Source of the DNA: Candidatus Krumholzibacteriia bacterium
GTDB taxonomy: Bacteria; Krumholzibacteriota; Krumholzibacteriia; JAJRXK01
DNA: 64,000 bases
Assembly: GCA_041484665.1 (NCBI GenBank)
Contig: JBGPIA010000003.1
Span: 250,414-314,413 of the forward strand
Direction: 5' to 3'
Under the pieces are notes generated by a model. The model was not told the origin of the DNA and did no database searches. It saw only the letters and a list, made by a program, of their open reading frames with translations. Positions 28,649 through 38,562 of the stretch are shown here, one piece after another. The first letter of the stretch is position 1. Each line of letters starts with the position of its first letter. Both the position numbers and the translations under genes were made by a program.

Positions 28649-29653
28649 TCACCCGATCAGGCGTGCGACGGCGGCCGGATCCGCATTCCCGCCGCTCAGC
28701 ACTACGCCCACCCGCTTTCCCGCCACGTCCACCTTCCCCGCCATCACCCCGGCCAGCGCTACGGCGCCGCTGGGCTCCACTACCTGCTTCATGCGCACCC
28801 AGAGCCAGCGCAGGGCCAGGACGATCTCCTCCTCGGAGACGGTGACGATGTCGTGCACGCGTTCGCGCATCACGGCAAAGTTGCGCTCGCCGACGAAGCG
28901 GGTGCGCAGACCGTCGGCGATGGTGTCGGGTACGTGATCGAGCGTGACGATCCGGCCGTCACGCAACGAGCGGGCCGCATCGTCGGCGATGGCCGGCTCG
29001 ACGCCGATCACGCGCGGCCGGGACCGCGTGTCCTTGAGCCCGGCCGCGAGCGCCGTGCCCGCCAAGAGCCCCCCACCGCCCACGGGCGCGAGTAGCAGAT
29101 CGAGCGGCTCGATCTCCTGCATCAGCTCCAGCGCTGCCGTGCCCTGGCCCGCGATCACGTGGTCGTGGTCGTAGGGCGGGATGACGGCCAGATCGCGCTG
29201 CGCGGCGATGCGCCTGCCCACATTCTCGCGCTCGGCGGCCGGGCAGCAGACGAGCTCGGCGCCGTAGCCGAGCACTGCTGCTCGCTTGATGGGCAGCGCG
29301 GAGTCGGGCATCACCACTGTCGTGCGCACGCCCAACAGCCGCCCGGCCAGCGCCACCGCCGCGGCGTGGTTGCCCGAAGACCAGGTCAGGACGCCGCGGG
29401 CACGCTCCTCGCTCGAGAGGCGCGACAGGGCGTGATAGGCGCCGCGGAACTTGAATGCGCCCACCCGTTGCAGGTGCTCGGCCTTGCAGAAGACCTGCGC
29501 GCCGACGGCGCGATCGAGCTCGCGCGAGGTGAGAACTGGGGTTCGATTGGCCGCGCCCTTCAGGATAGCAGCGGCATCGAGGACAGCCTGGGGCTGCAGG
29601 GCGGACGTCAAGCCGGCCTCGCTGGCGTTGCGCTGCGCATCCGTGGCCGTCAC
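28649..29653 (-). CDS. PLP-dependent Ser/Thr dehydratase (serine racemase-like)
   Basis: GAFKFRGA, SSGNHA, PVGGGGL, VVEPSGA and SGGN. Confidence 0.9.
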   Translation of the reverse strand: MTATDAQRNASEAGLTSALQPQAVLDAAAILKGAANRTPVLTSRELDRAVGAQVFCKAEHLQRVGAFKFRGAYHALSRLSSEERARGVLTWSSGNHAAAVALAGRLLGVRTTVVMPDSALPIKRAAVLGYGAELVCCPAAERENVGRRIAAQRDLAVIPPYDHDHVIAGQGTAALELMQEIEPLDLLLAPVGGGGLLAGTALAAGLKDTRSRPRVIGVEPAIADDAARSLRDGRIVTLDHVPDTIADGLRTRFVGERNFAVMRERVHDIVTVSEEEIVLALRWLWVRMKQVVEPSGAVALAGVMAGKVDVAGKRVGVVLSGGNADPAAVARLIG

Positions 29654-29669
29654 GCCCTCCTGCGGCAGC

Positions 29670-30446
29670 TCAGTGCTTCTCGCGCGCCGGGGTGAAGAGC
29701 GAAGGCGGACCCTTCGGCATGCCGGAGTCCAGATGGATCTTCTCGGGGTTGATGACCGCGGCGATCTGCGGGGCAGCCATCGGGCGGATGTCTCCAGCTC
29801 GCATGCAGGTCAGGTAGCCGGTGCTGGGAGGATCCCAGCTGCCGTGGTCGATCGCCCCCAGGCCAATCGTCACGTCGGTGGCGTCTTTGACCCAGACGAT
29901 GGCCTTGTACTTCGCGAGAATGATCTCGTCCCCGTGCTTGCAGTCCTCACCCAGTCCAACGCGCCAGCTGTCCTCGCTGGCCACGTTGAGTCCGTCCGCT
30001 TTGCGCTCCAACACCGCGATGCGCTTGTCGAGGAGTACGCGCGCCTCCCAGCCCGTCAGGCCACCCTCGGCGTTGCGCGCGACGACGTAGAACTCGAATG
30101 GAGTGTTGGGCTCGACGGAGAGCGAGCGATCCTTGCTCACCAGGTCGAAGATGATCGCCATCGATGCCGCGGGCTTCGCCGCCGCGGCGCCCTCGGCGGT
30201 GTCCGAGACGGCGGATGCGGCAGCCGCCGCCGGCGCGGCCGGCGTCGCCGTTGCCGCGGTGGCCGCCGCAGGCGGGGTCGTGAGGGGAGCCTGGGATGCC
30301 GCGGGGGCCGGCTGCCCGACATCGGCCGCGACCCCCGCCGCGGCAACGACGGCCACGAGCAACGCGCCGGCCGCGCACGCGGCCGCTCGCCTCGCAGGGC
30401 TCGTCAACGCAGCGCGGACAGCCAGCTGGGAAGGGAAAGCAAGCAT
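29670..30446 (-). CDS. Secreted protein with an Ala-rich linker and a beta-sandwich (cohesin-like) domain
   Basis: Signal-like N-terminus, low-complexity linker and a globular beta-rich C-domain; the fold is inferred. Confidence 0.6.
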   Translation of the reverse strand: MLAFPSQLAVRAALTSPARRAAACAAGALLVAVVAAAGVAADVGQPAPAASQAPLTTPPAAATAATATPAAPAAAAASAVSDTAEGAAAAKPAASMAIIFDLVSKDRSLSVEPNTPFEFYVVARNAEGGLTGWEARVLLDKRIAVLERKADGLNVASEDSWRVGLGEDCKHGDEIILAKYKAIVWVKDATDVTIGLGAIDHGSWDPPSTGYLTCMRAGDIRPMAAPQIAAVINPEKIHLDSGMPKGPPSLFTPAREKH

Positions 30447-30487
30447 GGGAAACCTCGTTTGGACGCTTCGGGCGCCAGGGCGCCTGA

Positions 30488-31666
30488 TCAGAGTACTCTG
30501 CCCTGCCGGGCTGCGGCCAGCACCTGGGCGAGCGGCAGGCCGTGGGCGCGGGCGAGCGCGGCGCAGTCCTCGTACTCGGGATGGAGGCGGTCGGTTCCGT
30601 CGAAGACCGTCCGCATGGCGTCGACTTGACCCCACGCGGTCTCGACCCGCACGCGCTCGCGCAGCAGCGCAACGCGGCGCTCCCGCCGCACGCGGCAGCC
30701 CAGGGAGCTGGAGTGCAGGAAGAGCTCGCGCAGCATCTGCTCCTCGCTCTGCGGCGGGGCGAGCACACGGATCAGCGTCGCCGGCCGGTTCTTCTTCATC
30801 TGCGCCGGAGCGAAGACGACGTCCAGGGCGCCCGCGGTCAGCAGACGCTCCTGCAGGAACCCCAGCTCCTCGCCCGCCATATCATCCACGTGGCACTCCA
30901 GCTCGAGTACCAGCTGCTCCTCCCATGCGCCTGGCGCCGGGGCGGGCGTCTCGAGCGCAGTCCCGTAGACCGCTCGCAGGCAGTTGGGCATGGGCAGATC
31001 CCAGCTGCCCGCTCCCCAGCCCACCCGCTCCACCTCCAAGAGCGGCTGCGGGCCGAAGCGCTCGGCGCAGACGGCCAAGATCGCCGCTCCTGTGGGCGTG
31101 CAGAGCTCCCGCTCGACATCACCCGCGTAGCTGGGGATCCCGCGCAACAGCAGGCTGGTGGCCGGGCCCGGGATCGGGATCACGCCGTGCGCGGCGCGCG
31201 TCGTCCCGTGGCCCGTGCGCACCGCCGAGGCACAGACGTGGTCGGCCTCCAGCATCTCCAGCAGCAGGGCAGCGCTGACCACATCCACGATCGAATCGAC
31301 AGCGCCCACCTCGTGGAAATGGACCCGCTCCACGGTCGTGCCATGGACCTGCGCCTCGGCCTCGGCCAGCCTGCGGAAGATCCGCTCCGCCCGCGTCTCG
31401 ACGGCGGAATCGAGCTCGGCCCGCCGGACGATCTCCATCACCTGGGCCAGGCCGCGATGGGCGTGCTGGGGCGGATAGAGGACCTCGGCGTAGAGGGCTG
31501 CGATGCCGTTCTTGAGGACGGGGGCCACGCGCACCTCGAACTCCCCCAGGGGCAACCGAGCGATCTGCGCCCGCCACGCCCGCTCGTCGACGCCCAGGTG
31601 CAGCAGCGCGGCCAGGAACATGTTCCCGCTGATGCCGCTGTAGCAGTCCAGGTAGAGCGCTTTCAC
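30488..31666 (-). CDS. larC: Nickel-pincer cofactor biosynthesis protein LarC
   Basis: LDCYSGISGNM, VHFHEVGAVDSIVD, ELCTPTGAA, MKKNRP and PEYEDC. Confidence 0.93.
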   Translation of the reverse strand: MKALYLDCYSGISGNMFLAALLHLGVDERAWRAQIARLPLGEFEVRVAPVLKNGIAALYAEVLYPPQHAHRGLAQVMEIVRRAELDSAVETRAERIFRRLAEAEAQVHGTTVERVHFHEVGAVDSIVDVVSAALLLEMLEADHVCASAVRTGHGTTRAAHGVIPIPGPATSLLLRGIPSYAGDVERELCTPTGAAILAVCAERFGPQPLLEVERVGWGAGSWDLPMPNCLRAVYGTALETPAPAPGAWEEQLVLELECHVDDMAGEELGFLQERLLTAGALDVVFAPAQMKKNRPATLIRVLAPPQSEEQMLRELFLHSSSLGCRVRRERRVALLRERVRVETAWGQVDAMRTVFDGTDRLHPEYEDCAALARAHGLPLAQVLAAARQGRVL

Positions 31667-32418
31667 CCGTCACCGCCCTGCGCGCACCCGTGTTCGGCGG
31701 ACCCACCACGGGACGTCCCCTCGGGCTCGCCGGCGCGCGCGAGAGCGGCCGCGCGCACCTGCAGCATCTTGGCGGCGCACACGGCCGCCCCGAAGCCATT
31801 GTCGATGTTGACGACGCTGATCCCGGGCGCGCAGCTGGAGAGCATGGCCAGCAGCGGCGCCAGGCCTTGCAGGTGCGCCCCGTAACCGATGCTGGTGGGC
31901 ACGGCGATCACCGGCCCGCGGGCGAGGCCGGCGACGACCGACGGCAAGGCCCCTTCCATTCCCGCGATGCAGATGAGCACATCGGCCGCGGCCAGCCGCT
32001 CGCGGTGCGCCAGCAGGCGGTCGACGCCGGCCACGCCGACGTCGGCGAGCAGCTCGGGAGAAGCGCCCAGGAAGCGGGCCGTCACCAGGGCCTCGGCCGC
32101 GACCGGTTGATCGCTCGTGCCCGCGCAGATCACGAGCAGGTCGCCCGCCAGCGGCGCGCAGCCCTGTGGCGGGTCGCCGACCGCAAGCACCAGGGTGCGC
32201 GCCACCGGGTCGTGCGCGAGCTGCGGGAGCTCGGCAGTCAGCAGCCGCGCTTGGTCCTCGCGCACCCGCGTCGCCAGTCCCGGCAGGCCGCGCTGGCGCC
32301 AGGCCCGGAAAATCTGCAGCAGCTGCTCTGGCGTCTTGCCGAAGGCCAGGGCCGCTTCCGGAATGCCCGTACGCGCGGCGCGCGCGAGATCGAGGCGGAT
32401 CACGGCTGGATCCTCCAT
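31663..32418 (-). CDS. larB: Nickel-pincer cofactor biosynthesis protein LarB
   Basis: RTGIPE, AGTSD.PVA.EA, DVGVAG, AGMEGAL, AVPTSIGYG and VVNIDNGFGA. Confidence 0.93.
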   Translation of the reverse strand: MEDPAVIRLDLARAARTGIPEAALAFGKTPEQLLQIFRAWRQRGLPGLATRVREDQARLLTAELPQLAHDPVARTLVLAVGDPPQGCAPLAGDLLVICAGTSDQPVAAEALVTARFLGASPELLADVGVAGVDRLLAHRERLAAADVLICIAGMEGALPSVVAGLARGPVIAVPTSIGYGAHLQGLAPLLAMLSSCAPGISVVNIDNGFGAAVCAAKMLQVRAAALARAGEPEGTSRGGSAEHGCAQGGDG

Positions 32419-33416
32419 CAGAGGCCGCCTTCCGCGGCGCGCGAGGGGCGCGGCGCGCCGGTGTCGGCCTGGGCGGCGGGCGCGGCCTGGGCGTTGGGAG
32501 CGGTGTGGGCGCCATGATCGTCGCGGGCGGTGGGTGCGCCCGGCGCGCCGGCCGGGTCGGACGCGCCGCGCCGTTTCGGGTCGAGCGCCTCGTGCATGCT
32601 CCCGCTGCGCAGGCCCAGCACGTCGACGGTAGTGTAGGTGAAGCCGATGCGACGCAGCTCGGCGGCGACGTCGTGGGCGTCGCGCGCCAGGAACCGTGGC
32701 AGCTCCGCGAGCGGCAGCTCGAGGCGGGCGATGGCCTCGTGGTGTCGCACGCGGCAGGCCCGGTAGCCCCGGGCGTGGAGCACGCGTTCGGCGGCCTCTA
32801 CCTGCGCCAGACGCTCGCGCGTCACGCGCGTCCCAAACGGCAGCCGCGACGACAGGCACGGTGCCGATGGCTTGTCCACCAGCTCCGCCGGTAGCTGCAG
32901 CCCGGCTGCCGCTGCGCGCACCTGCGCTTTGCGCCAGTGGAGATCCAGGTACGGGCTGCGCACAGCCAGGTCGTGCGCAGCGCGCTGGCCGGGACGGTGC
33001 CCTTCGAGGTCGTCGCGGTGCGTGCCCTCCACCAGCGTGGCAAGGGCGAAGTCCAGCGGCAGCGCGCCGCGCACCCGGTCGAACAGCTCGGTCTTGCAGA
33101 AGAAGCAGCGCTGGGTGGAGTTGGCGGCATAGTCCGCAGAGTCGAGCTCGAAGGTCGCGACCTCCCGGTGCACGAGCCCCAGCCATTGGCAGAGCTGGGC
33201 GGCCTTGCTGCGCTCGGCGGCGGGCAGGCTGGCGGACACACCGGTGACGGCCATGGAGCGCTCACCGTGCGTGCGCTGCGCCGCGGCGGCCAGCACGGCG
33301 CTGTCCACTCCGCCCGAGAGGCACACCACGACCCGTGGATGCTCGCCCAGCCAGGCGCTCAGCTCGCGGAGCAAGGGCGTGGCGTGGTCGTCTGCGTGGG
33401 GGGGCTGCGTCGTCAC
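32418..33416 (-). CDS. larE: ATP-dependent sulfur transferase LarE
   Basis: SGGVDS PP-loop, RCFFCK, RPG, PCLSSR and RVRHH. Confidence 0.92.
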   Translation of the reverse strand: MTTQPPHADDHATPLLRELSAWLGEHPRVVVCLSGGVDSAVLAAAAQRTHGERSMAVTGVSASLPAAERSKAAQLCQWLGLVHREVATFELDSADYAANSTQRCFFCKTELFDRVRGALPLDFALATLVEGTHRDDLEGHRPGQRAAHDLAVRSPYLDLHWRKAQVRAAAAGLQLPAELVDKPSAPCLSSRLPFGTRVTRERLAQVEAAERVLHARGYRACRVRHHEAIARLELPLAELPRFLARDAHDVAAELRRIGFTYTTVDVLGLRSGSMHEALDPKRRGASDPAGAPGAPTARDDHGAHTAPNAQAAPAAQADTGAPRPSRAAEGGL

Positions 33417-33538
33417 GGGCAGTGGGCTCCGGGGAGGCCTGGGCGGCGGCGCTTGGCGGGGGCAGTGCCGGCCGCGCGCAAGTGCAGACAGTCTAGCGGG
33501 ATTCGCAACGCCGACAAGGCGTGATAGGCTGCCGAATC

Positions 33539-35317
33539 ATGCCGCGCCCCGCCTCGTGGCTGCCACCCCTGGCCCTGGTCGCCTTGTCCTTCGCGCTCTA
33601 CGCCAACGCGATGCCGGCCGCGTTCCAGTTCGACGACACGACGTCGATCGTGGACAACCCCGCGATCGCGGCGCTGGATCCCCGCGCGTGGTGGAGCTTC
33701 TGGCCGGGACGGATCCTCGCCTACGGAAGCTTCGCCCTAGACCGCCGCGTACACGGGCTGACGCCCACCGGCTTCCACGTGACCAATGTTCTGGTGCACG
33801 CGGCGGCGAGTCTCGCCGCGTACTGGCTGCTGGTGCAGTTGGCCGCGCAGGCCACCCCTCGGGTCGGGGCGCGCTGGGCGGCTTTGGCCGGCGCCGCCGT
33901 CTTTGCCGCGCACCCGCTGCAGACGCAGGCTGTCACCTACGTCGCGCAGCGCTGCGCATCGTTGTGCGCTGCTCTGTACCTGGCCACGGTGTCCGTCTGG
34001 CTTTACGGTCAGCTTCCGGCGCGGCGCGGGCGGGCGCGCTGGACGCTGCCCGTGGCGCTGTTGCTCGGGCTCGCCACCAACTTCACCAAGGAGCTGGCGA
34101 TCACGCTCCCGCTGGCCGTGTTGCTGGTGGACCGCGTGGCGTTCGCCGGCGAGCGCGGGACGCTGCGGCGAGTCGCGCCGCTCTTGCCGCTCTGCGCGGT
34201 CGTGCCGCTGGTCGCCGCGGTGGGCCACCGCTTCGGCGTGGCGGGCGGCGGGCTCTCGGGCGAGACCACGCTGGTGTCCCGTGGGACGTATGCCCTCACG
34301 CAAATCGATGTCGTGGCGCGGTATCTACGGCTGCTGGTGCTGCCGCTGGGTCAGAATGTCGACCACGATATCGCATGGCGCCATGCGATTGGCGAGGGCT
34401 CGCCGCCGCTGCTGCTGCTCGTGCTGTTACACGCGGCGGTGCTGGCCGCGGCGATTGCGGCCTGGCGTCGCGGGGCGCGGCTGTGGGCGATGGGTCCCTT
34501 GTGGTTCTCGCTGACGCTGCTGCCCGAGTCCAGCGTCTTCCCGATCCGCGACGCGATGTTCGAGCACCGTCTGTACCTGCCGATGCTGGGGCCGGCGCTG
34601 CTGGCCGGGCTGTCGCTGGAGCGGCTGGCGCGCTGGCGCCGGCCCGCCGGTGTGGCGGCGCTGGCCGGCGTGATCCTCCTCCTGGGCGGGCTGACCGTGG
34701 CGCGCAACCGCGTCTGGCGCACGCCGGAGACGCTGTGGCGCGACGCGGTCGCGAAGTCGCCCGGCAAGGCGCGCCCGTGGCTGGGGCTGGGCGCCGCGCT
34801 CGGGCGCGCCGGCGCCACGGGGGAGGCCTCGCGCTGCCTGGAGCGCGCGCTGGCGCTGCGCCCTGACTACGAAGAGGCCTGGACCAACCTCGGCAACGTT
34901 CGATTACGCGCGGGCGACCTGCCGGCGGCGATCACAGCGTACCATCGCGCCATCGAGGTGAAGCGCGACCACGTCGCGGCGTGGTACAACCTCGGGGTGG
35001 CGCTGGATCGCGCTGCGGACCTGGAGGGCGCGGCGCAGGCCTACAGCCAGGCGCTGCGGCTGCGCACGGATGACGCCGCTTCGCTCAACGGCCTGGCGGG
35101 CGTTCGCCTCAAGCAGGGTCGCGCCGAGGAGGCGCTGCCCTTGGCGCGCCACGCGGCTGCCCTCGGCGGCGCCGCGCCGCGCCTGTTGCAGGAGATCGAG
35201 CGCGCGCTGGCCAGCGGCCTGCCTTCCGCGCAGCGATTGCAGTCCCCGCAATCCCAGCAGCCCCCACAGTCCCCCCCGCTCCGCAAGCCCCCATCCCCGG
35301 AGCCGCGATCACCATGA
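33539..35317 (+). CDS. TMTC-like GT-C membrane glycosyltransferase with C-terminal TPRs
   Basis: FQFDD, GFHVTNVLVH, FAAHPLQTQAVTY, TKE, EHRLYLP, RNRVW and TPRs. Confidence 0.85.
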   Translation: MPRPASWLPPLALVALSFALYANAMPAAFQFDDTTSIVDNPAIAALDPRAWWSFWPGRILAYGSFALDRRVHGLTPTGFHVTNVLVHAAASLAAYWLLVQLAAQATPRVGARWAALAGAAVFAAHPLQTQAVTYVAQRCASLCAALYLATVSVWLYGQLPARRGRARWTLPVALLLGLATNFTKELAITLPLAVLLVDRVAFAGERGTLRRVAPLLPLCAVVPLVAAVGHRFGVAGGGLSGETTLVSRGTYALTQIDVVARYLRLLVLPLGQNVDHDIAWRHAIGEGSPPLLLLVLLHAAVLAAAIAAWRRGARLWAMGPLWFSLTLLPESSVFPIRDAMFEHRLYLPMLGPALLAGLSLERLARWRRPAGVAALAGVILLLGGLTVARNRVWRTPETLWRDAVAKSPGKARPWLGLGAALGRAGATGEASRCLERALALRPDYEEAWTNLGNVRLRAGDLPAAITAYHRAIEVKRDHVAAWYNLGVALDRAADLEGAAQAYSQALRLRTDDAASLNGLAGVRLKQGRAEEALPLARHAAALGGAAPRLLQEIERALASGLPSAQRLQSPQSQQPPQSPPLRKPPSPEPRSP

Positions 35318-36525
35318 GCCAGCCCCCTGCGCACGCGCGCGACGAACTCGCCCACAGCCTGCTCGATCACCTGGAGTGCTCGGCGACGGGCGAGACGTTC
35401 CCCGCCGATGGCCTGCGCAACCTCTCGCCCGCGGGGGAACCGCTTTTGCCCCGCTACCGCCTGGGACCGCATGTCCCGCGGCCGCCCCATCGCGGACCGG
35501 GCGGGATGTGGCGCTACGCGGCGCTGCTGCCGCACCGCGGGACGGTCGTGACCCTGGGTGAAGGCTGGACGCCGCTGTTGCCGGCGCCGCGGCTGGGCGC
35601 GCAGCTCGGACTGCCCTTGCTCTGGGTGAAGGACGAGTCGCAGAACCCCACCGCGTCGTTCAAAGCGCGAGGCATCGCTACGGCGGTGACGATGGCCAAG
35701 GCGCTCGGCGTCATCCGGCTGGCGATCCCCACGGCGGGCCACGCAGGAGGGGCGCTGGCCGCCTACGGCGCGCGTGCGGGGATTGCGGTGGAAGTGTTCA
35801 TGCCGCGCGACACGCCCGAGGCGTTCCAGCTGGAGGCGCGTCTGCACGGAGCACAGGTCCACCTCGTGGACGGTCTGATCTCCGAGTGCGGAAAGCTGGT
35901 GGCGGCCGGGGCGGCGCAGGGGAGGTGGTTCGACTGCAGTACGTTCAAGGAGCCCTACCGCGTCGAGGGCAAGAAGACCATGGGCTACGAGCTTTGGGAG
36001 CAGATGGGGGGCCAGCTGCCCGACGCGATCCTGTATCCGACTGGCGGAGGGACGGGGCTGATCGGCATGTGGAAGGCCTTCGAGGAGTTGGCTCAGCTTG
36101 GCTGGCACACGGGACAGCGCCCGCGCATGGTGGCGGTCCAGGTTGCCGGCTGCGCGCCCGTGGTGCGGGCCTTCCAGGAGGGTGCTGCCCGCACCCGCTT
36201 CTGGGACGAGGCCACGACATTGGCCTACGGCCTGCGCGTGCCAAAGCCCCTGGCCGATGCGCTGATCCTGCGGGCGCTGCGCGAGAGCGCCGGCACCGCT
36301 GTGGCCGTTGCCGAGCTGGAGATGCTCGCCGGCATGCATGAACTCGCTGCGAGCGAGGGGATCTCCAGCGGGCCCGAGACCGGGGCGGTGGTCGCCGCCG
36401 CGGCGCAGCTCGCGCGCGCGGGGTGGCTCACGCCGCAACAAACCGTGGTGCTCTTCAACACCGGCTCGCAGACGAAGTACCCCGATGCGGCTCGCGCCGC
36501 GCTACAACGGGCGCACGCGCCGTGA
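35314..36525 (+). CDS. thrC: Threonine synthase-like PLP enzyme
   Basis: TLGEGWTPL, NPTASFKARG, EPYRVEGKKT, YPTGGG and FNTG. Confidence 0.8.
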   Translation: MSQPPAHARDELAHSLLDHLECSATGETFPADGLRNLSPAGEPLLPRYRLGPHVPRPPHRGPGGMWRYAALLPHRGTVVTLGEGWTPLLPAPRLGAQLGLPLLWVKDESQNPTASFKARGIATAVTMAKALGVIRLAIPTAGHAGGALAAYGARAGIAVEVFMPRDTPEAFQLEARLHGAQVHLVDGLISECGKLVAAGAAQGRWFDCSTFKEPYRVEGKKTMGYELWEQMGGQLPDAILYPTGGGTGLIGMWKAFEELAQLGWHTGQRPRMVAVQVAGCAPVVRAFQEGAARTRFWDEATTLAYGLRVPKPLADALILRALRESAGTAVAVAELEMLAGMHELAASEGISSGPETGAVVAAAAQLARAGWLTPQQTVVLFNTGSQTKYPDAARAALQRAHAP

Positions 36526-36568
36526 TCGTCAAGCGCGACGGACGGCCGCACCGCGGGCGGGCGCCGCA

Positions 36569-37300
36569 TCAGCGCGCAGCGACGTCGGCGGGCTCCATGC
36601 GGATGACGATGACCGAGATGTTGTCGTTGCCGCCGAAATCGTTGGCCATCTGCACGAGCTCGTTCACCAGCACGTCGGGGCGTCGGATGCTCGACACGGC
36701 CTCAAGGATCTGCTCCTCGCGCACCATGTCCGAGAGCCCATCGCTGCACAACAGCAACGCGTCGCCGGGGGCCAGATCCATCTCCAGCAGATCGATCTCG
36801 ACCTGCTCGCGCACGCCGACGCCGCGCGTGAGGACATTGCGGTAGGGATGCTGGCTGGCTTCGTCCTCGGTCAGCTTGCCCTGGTCGATCATGTCCTGCA
36901 CGAAGCGATGGTCGGCGGTCAGCCTGCGGGCGATGCCGCCGCGTGCCATGTACGCGCGGCTGTCGCCCACGTGGGCGAGCCCGAGGTGCTTGCCCACGAT
37001 GGAGGCTGCCGTGCAGGTCGTCCCCATGCGCGCGAGCGCATCCGTACGCGAGCCCAGGCGGAAGATGCGCTCGTTGATCGTGCGCAGCACCGCGACGAGC
37101 TCCTGCGCGGACAGCCCGCTCTCGGTCGAGAGGGCCGCCCGCGCCAGCTCGCCGGTGACGATCTGGCTCGCCACCTTGCCCCCCCGGCTTCCACCCATCC
37201 CATCGGCGACCGCGTACAGCCCGTAGCGGTGCAGCAGCAGGATGCTGTCCTCGTTGGACTGGCGCGCCTGACCGATGTCGGTGGCGCCGGCGACGTTCAT
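36569..37300 (-). CDS. PP2C-type Ser/Thr protein phosphatase (Stp1-like)
   Basis: RQSNED, VADGMGG, MGTT, HVGDSRAY, LCSDGL and GGNDNI. Confidence 0.93.
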   Translation of the reverse strand: MNVAGATDIGQARQSNEDSILLLHRYGLYAVADGMGGSRGGKVASQIVTGELARAALSTESGLSAQELVAVLRTINERIFRLGSRTDALARMGTTCTAASIVGKHLGLAHVGDSRAYMARGGIARRLTADHRFVQDMIDQGKLTEDEASQHPYRNVLTRGVGVREQVEIDLLEMDLAPGDALLLCSDGLSDMVREEQILEAVSSIRRPDVLVNELVQMANDFGGNDNISVIVIRMEPADVAAR

Positions 37301-37503
37301 GACGCGAAGAGCTCGCCTTGGGACCCGGCGCGATAGACCGCCCGCATCGCTCCCGCGACGTCCTCCATCTTCACACTCACCGGGCGCCCGCTGCGCCGCA
37401 GCTCGTCGATCATGGTCTGATAGGAGGGGCCAGCCTTGCGCAACAGCCACCGGCCGTCCCGCGGGGATTCCTGGAGATGACGGTAGAGCACATCCAGTTC
37501 CAT
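37297..37503 (-). CDS. Small hypothetical protein (68 aa) translationally coupled to the PP2C gene
   Basis: Strong AGGAGGAGG RBS, ATGA overlap with the PP2C gene, C-terminal QGELF. Confidence 0.65.
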   Translation of the reverse strand: MELDVLYRHLQESPRDGRWLLRKAGPSYQTMIDELRRSGRPVSVKMEDVAGAMRAVYRAGSQGELFAS

Positions 37504-37614
37504 GGAGCCTCCTCCTTGCTCCATCGACCCTGTCCTGGCGGGTGGGTCCAGGGTGCTCGGTTGGGGCGGACCCTTGCGGGGGGGCCCGCCGGATTGGCGG
37601 TTCGACCAGCCCTC

Positions 37615-37643
37615 TTTCTAGCAAACCGCCGCGCGGCCGACAA
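37615..37643 (-). promoter_or_regulatory. Sigma70-type promoter for the small ORF-PP2C unit
   Basis: Minus strand TTGTCG-N17-TAGAAA with an extended TGn. Confidence 0.45.
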
Positions 37644-37775
37644 CGGTAAAACAAAGCGATTTCGGGGGTTTACGCAATGCCCCCCAGGGGCCTTGCGGGG
37701 AGCTGTGGGCGAGCTGCCCAGGGTCGTTTGGTGTGGCGTCCCACGCCAGTGCCGCGCGGTCGCCGCGGGCGGCCT

Positions 37776-38426
37776 TCAGGGGCCGGCCGCCAGGTCGTTC
37801 GCGACGGCCAAAGCGATCGCCTCCACCACCCCGGGCAGCCAGCCGTGGCCCCCCGGAAGGGTCCGCAACTCCGCGGGCCACCCGGCCGCCTTCAGCCAGA
37901 CGCTGTCGCGCTCGAAGACCGAGCGGGCCAGGCGGGTGTCCTGCTCGCCCCAGAACAGCGTCGCGGGGACGGGCCGGGTCCGCGCGAGCGCCGCGGCGAC
38001 CTCCGGCGGCATCTCCCCTGCGAGCACGAAGAGCCGTCGCACCGGCAGGCGGGACAGAGCCGCCGCACGGTAGGCAGTGGCCGCCCCTTGTGAAAAGCCG
38101 GCGCAGTAGAGCGGGAGCTCGGTGTAGCGCCGTGCGAGCTCTTCCCAGATGGCCTCGAGGAAGGCCACGATCTGGCGGATCTGGTCGCGGCGCTCGTGGC
38201 GGGTCATCCACGAGGCGACCACCTCGTCGCTGCGATAGAAGTGGTGCTGCCCCATGGGCGCGGCCAGAAGGACCTGGGAGAGCCCCGCTTGACGCATCGC
38301 CTGCAGCGCTTGCCTTGGGTGCTCGGCGTAGCCGTGGAAGGCCAGGAGCGTCGCGCGCGGCTGCGGCGGTGCGTCCACCAGCACGTAGGCGCGGGTCGTC
38401 ACGTCGACGGAATGCCAAGTCTCCAT
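37776..38426 (-). CDS. Alpha/beta hydrolase (phospholipase/carboxylesterase)
   Basis: FHGY, GFSQG nucleophile elbow, GEQD and GGH. Confidence 0.85.
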   Translation of the reverse strand: METWHSVDVTTRAYVLVDAPPQPRATLLAFHGYAEHPRQALQAMRQAGLSQVLLAAPMGQHHFYRSDEVVASWMTRHERRDQIRQIVAFLEAIWEELARRYTELPLYCAGFSQGAATAYRAAALSRLPVRRLFVLAGEMPPEVAAALARTRPVPATLFWGEQDTRLARSVFERDSVWLKAAGWPAELRTLPGGHGWLPGVVEAIALAVANDLAAGP

Positions 38427-38514
38427 AGCCCTCCCGCGCGCGCAGCCAGGGACGTTCGCGCGCCGTCGTGTGCGCCGTGGGCCGCTGTCCGTGGACGCCA
38501 GCGCCGAGCGGGCG

Positions 38515-38562
38515 CCGGTCGGCGCGCCCGATCGGTGCGCCCGGTCGGCGCGCCCGATCGGT
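38515..38562. repeat. 22-bp direct repeat, two copies
   Basis: CCGGTCGGCGCGCCCGATCGGT at 38515-38536 and 38541-38562. Confidence 0.85.

Noticed and set aside
37618..37636. CTAGCAAA half-site matching the enhancer motif
   Set aside because: It has no TTGATAG arm and no GG-N10-GC box; it is better explained as part of a sigma70 extended -10.
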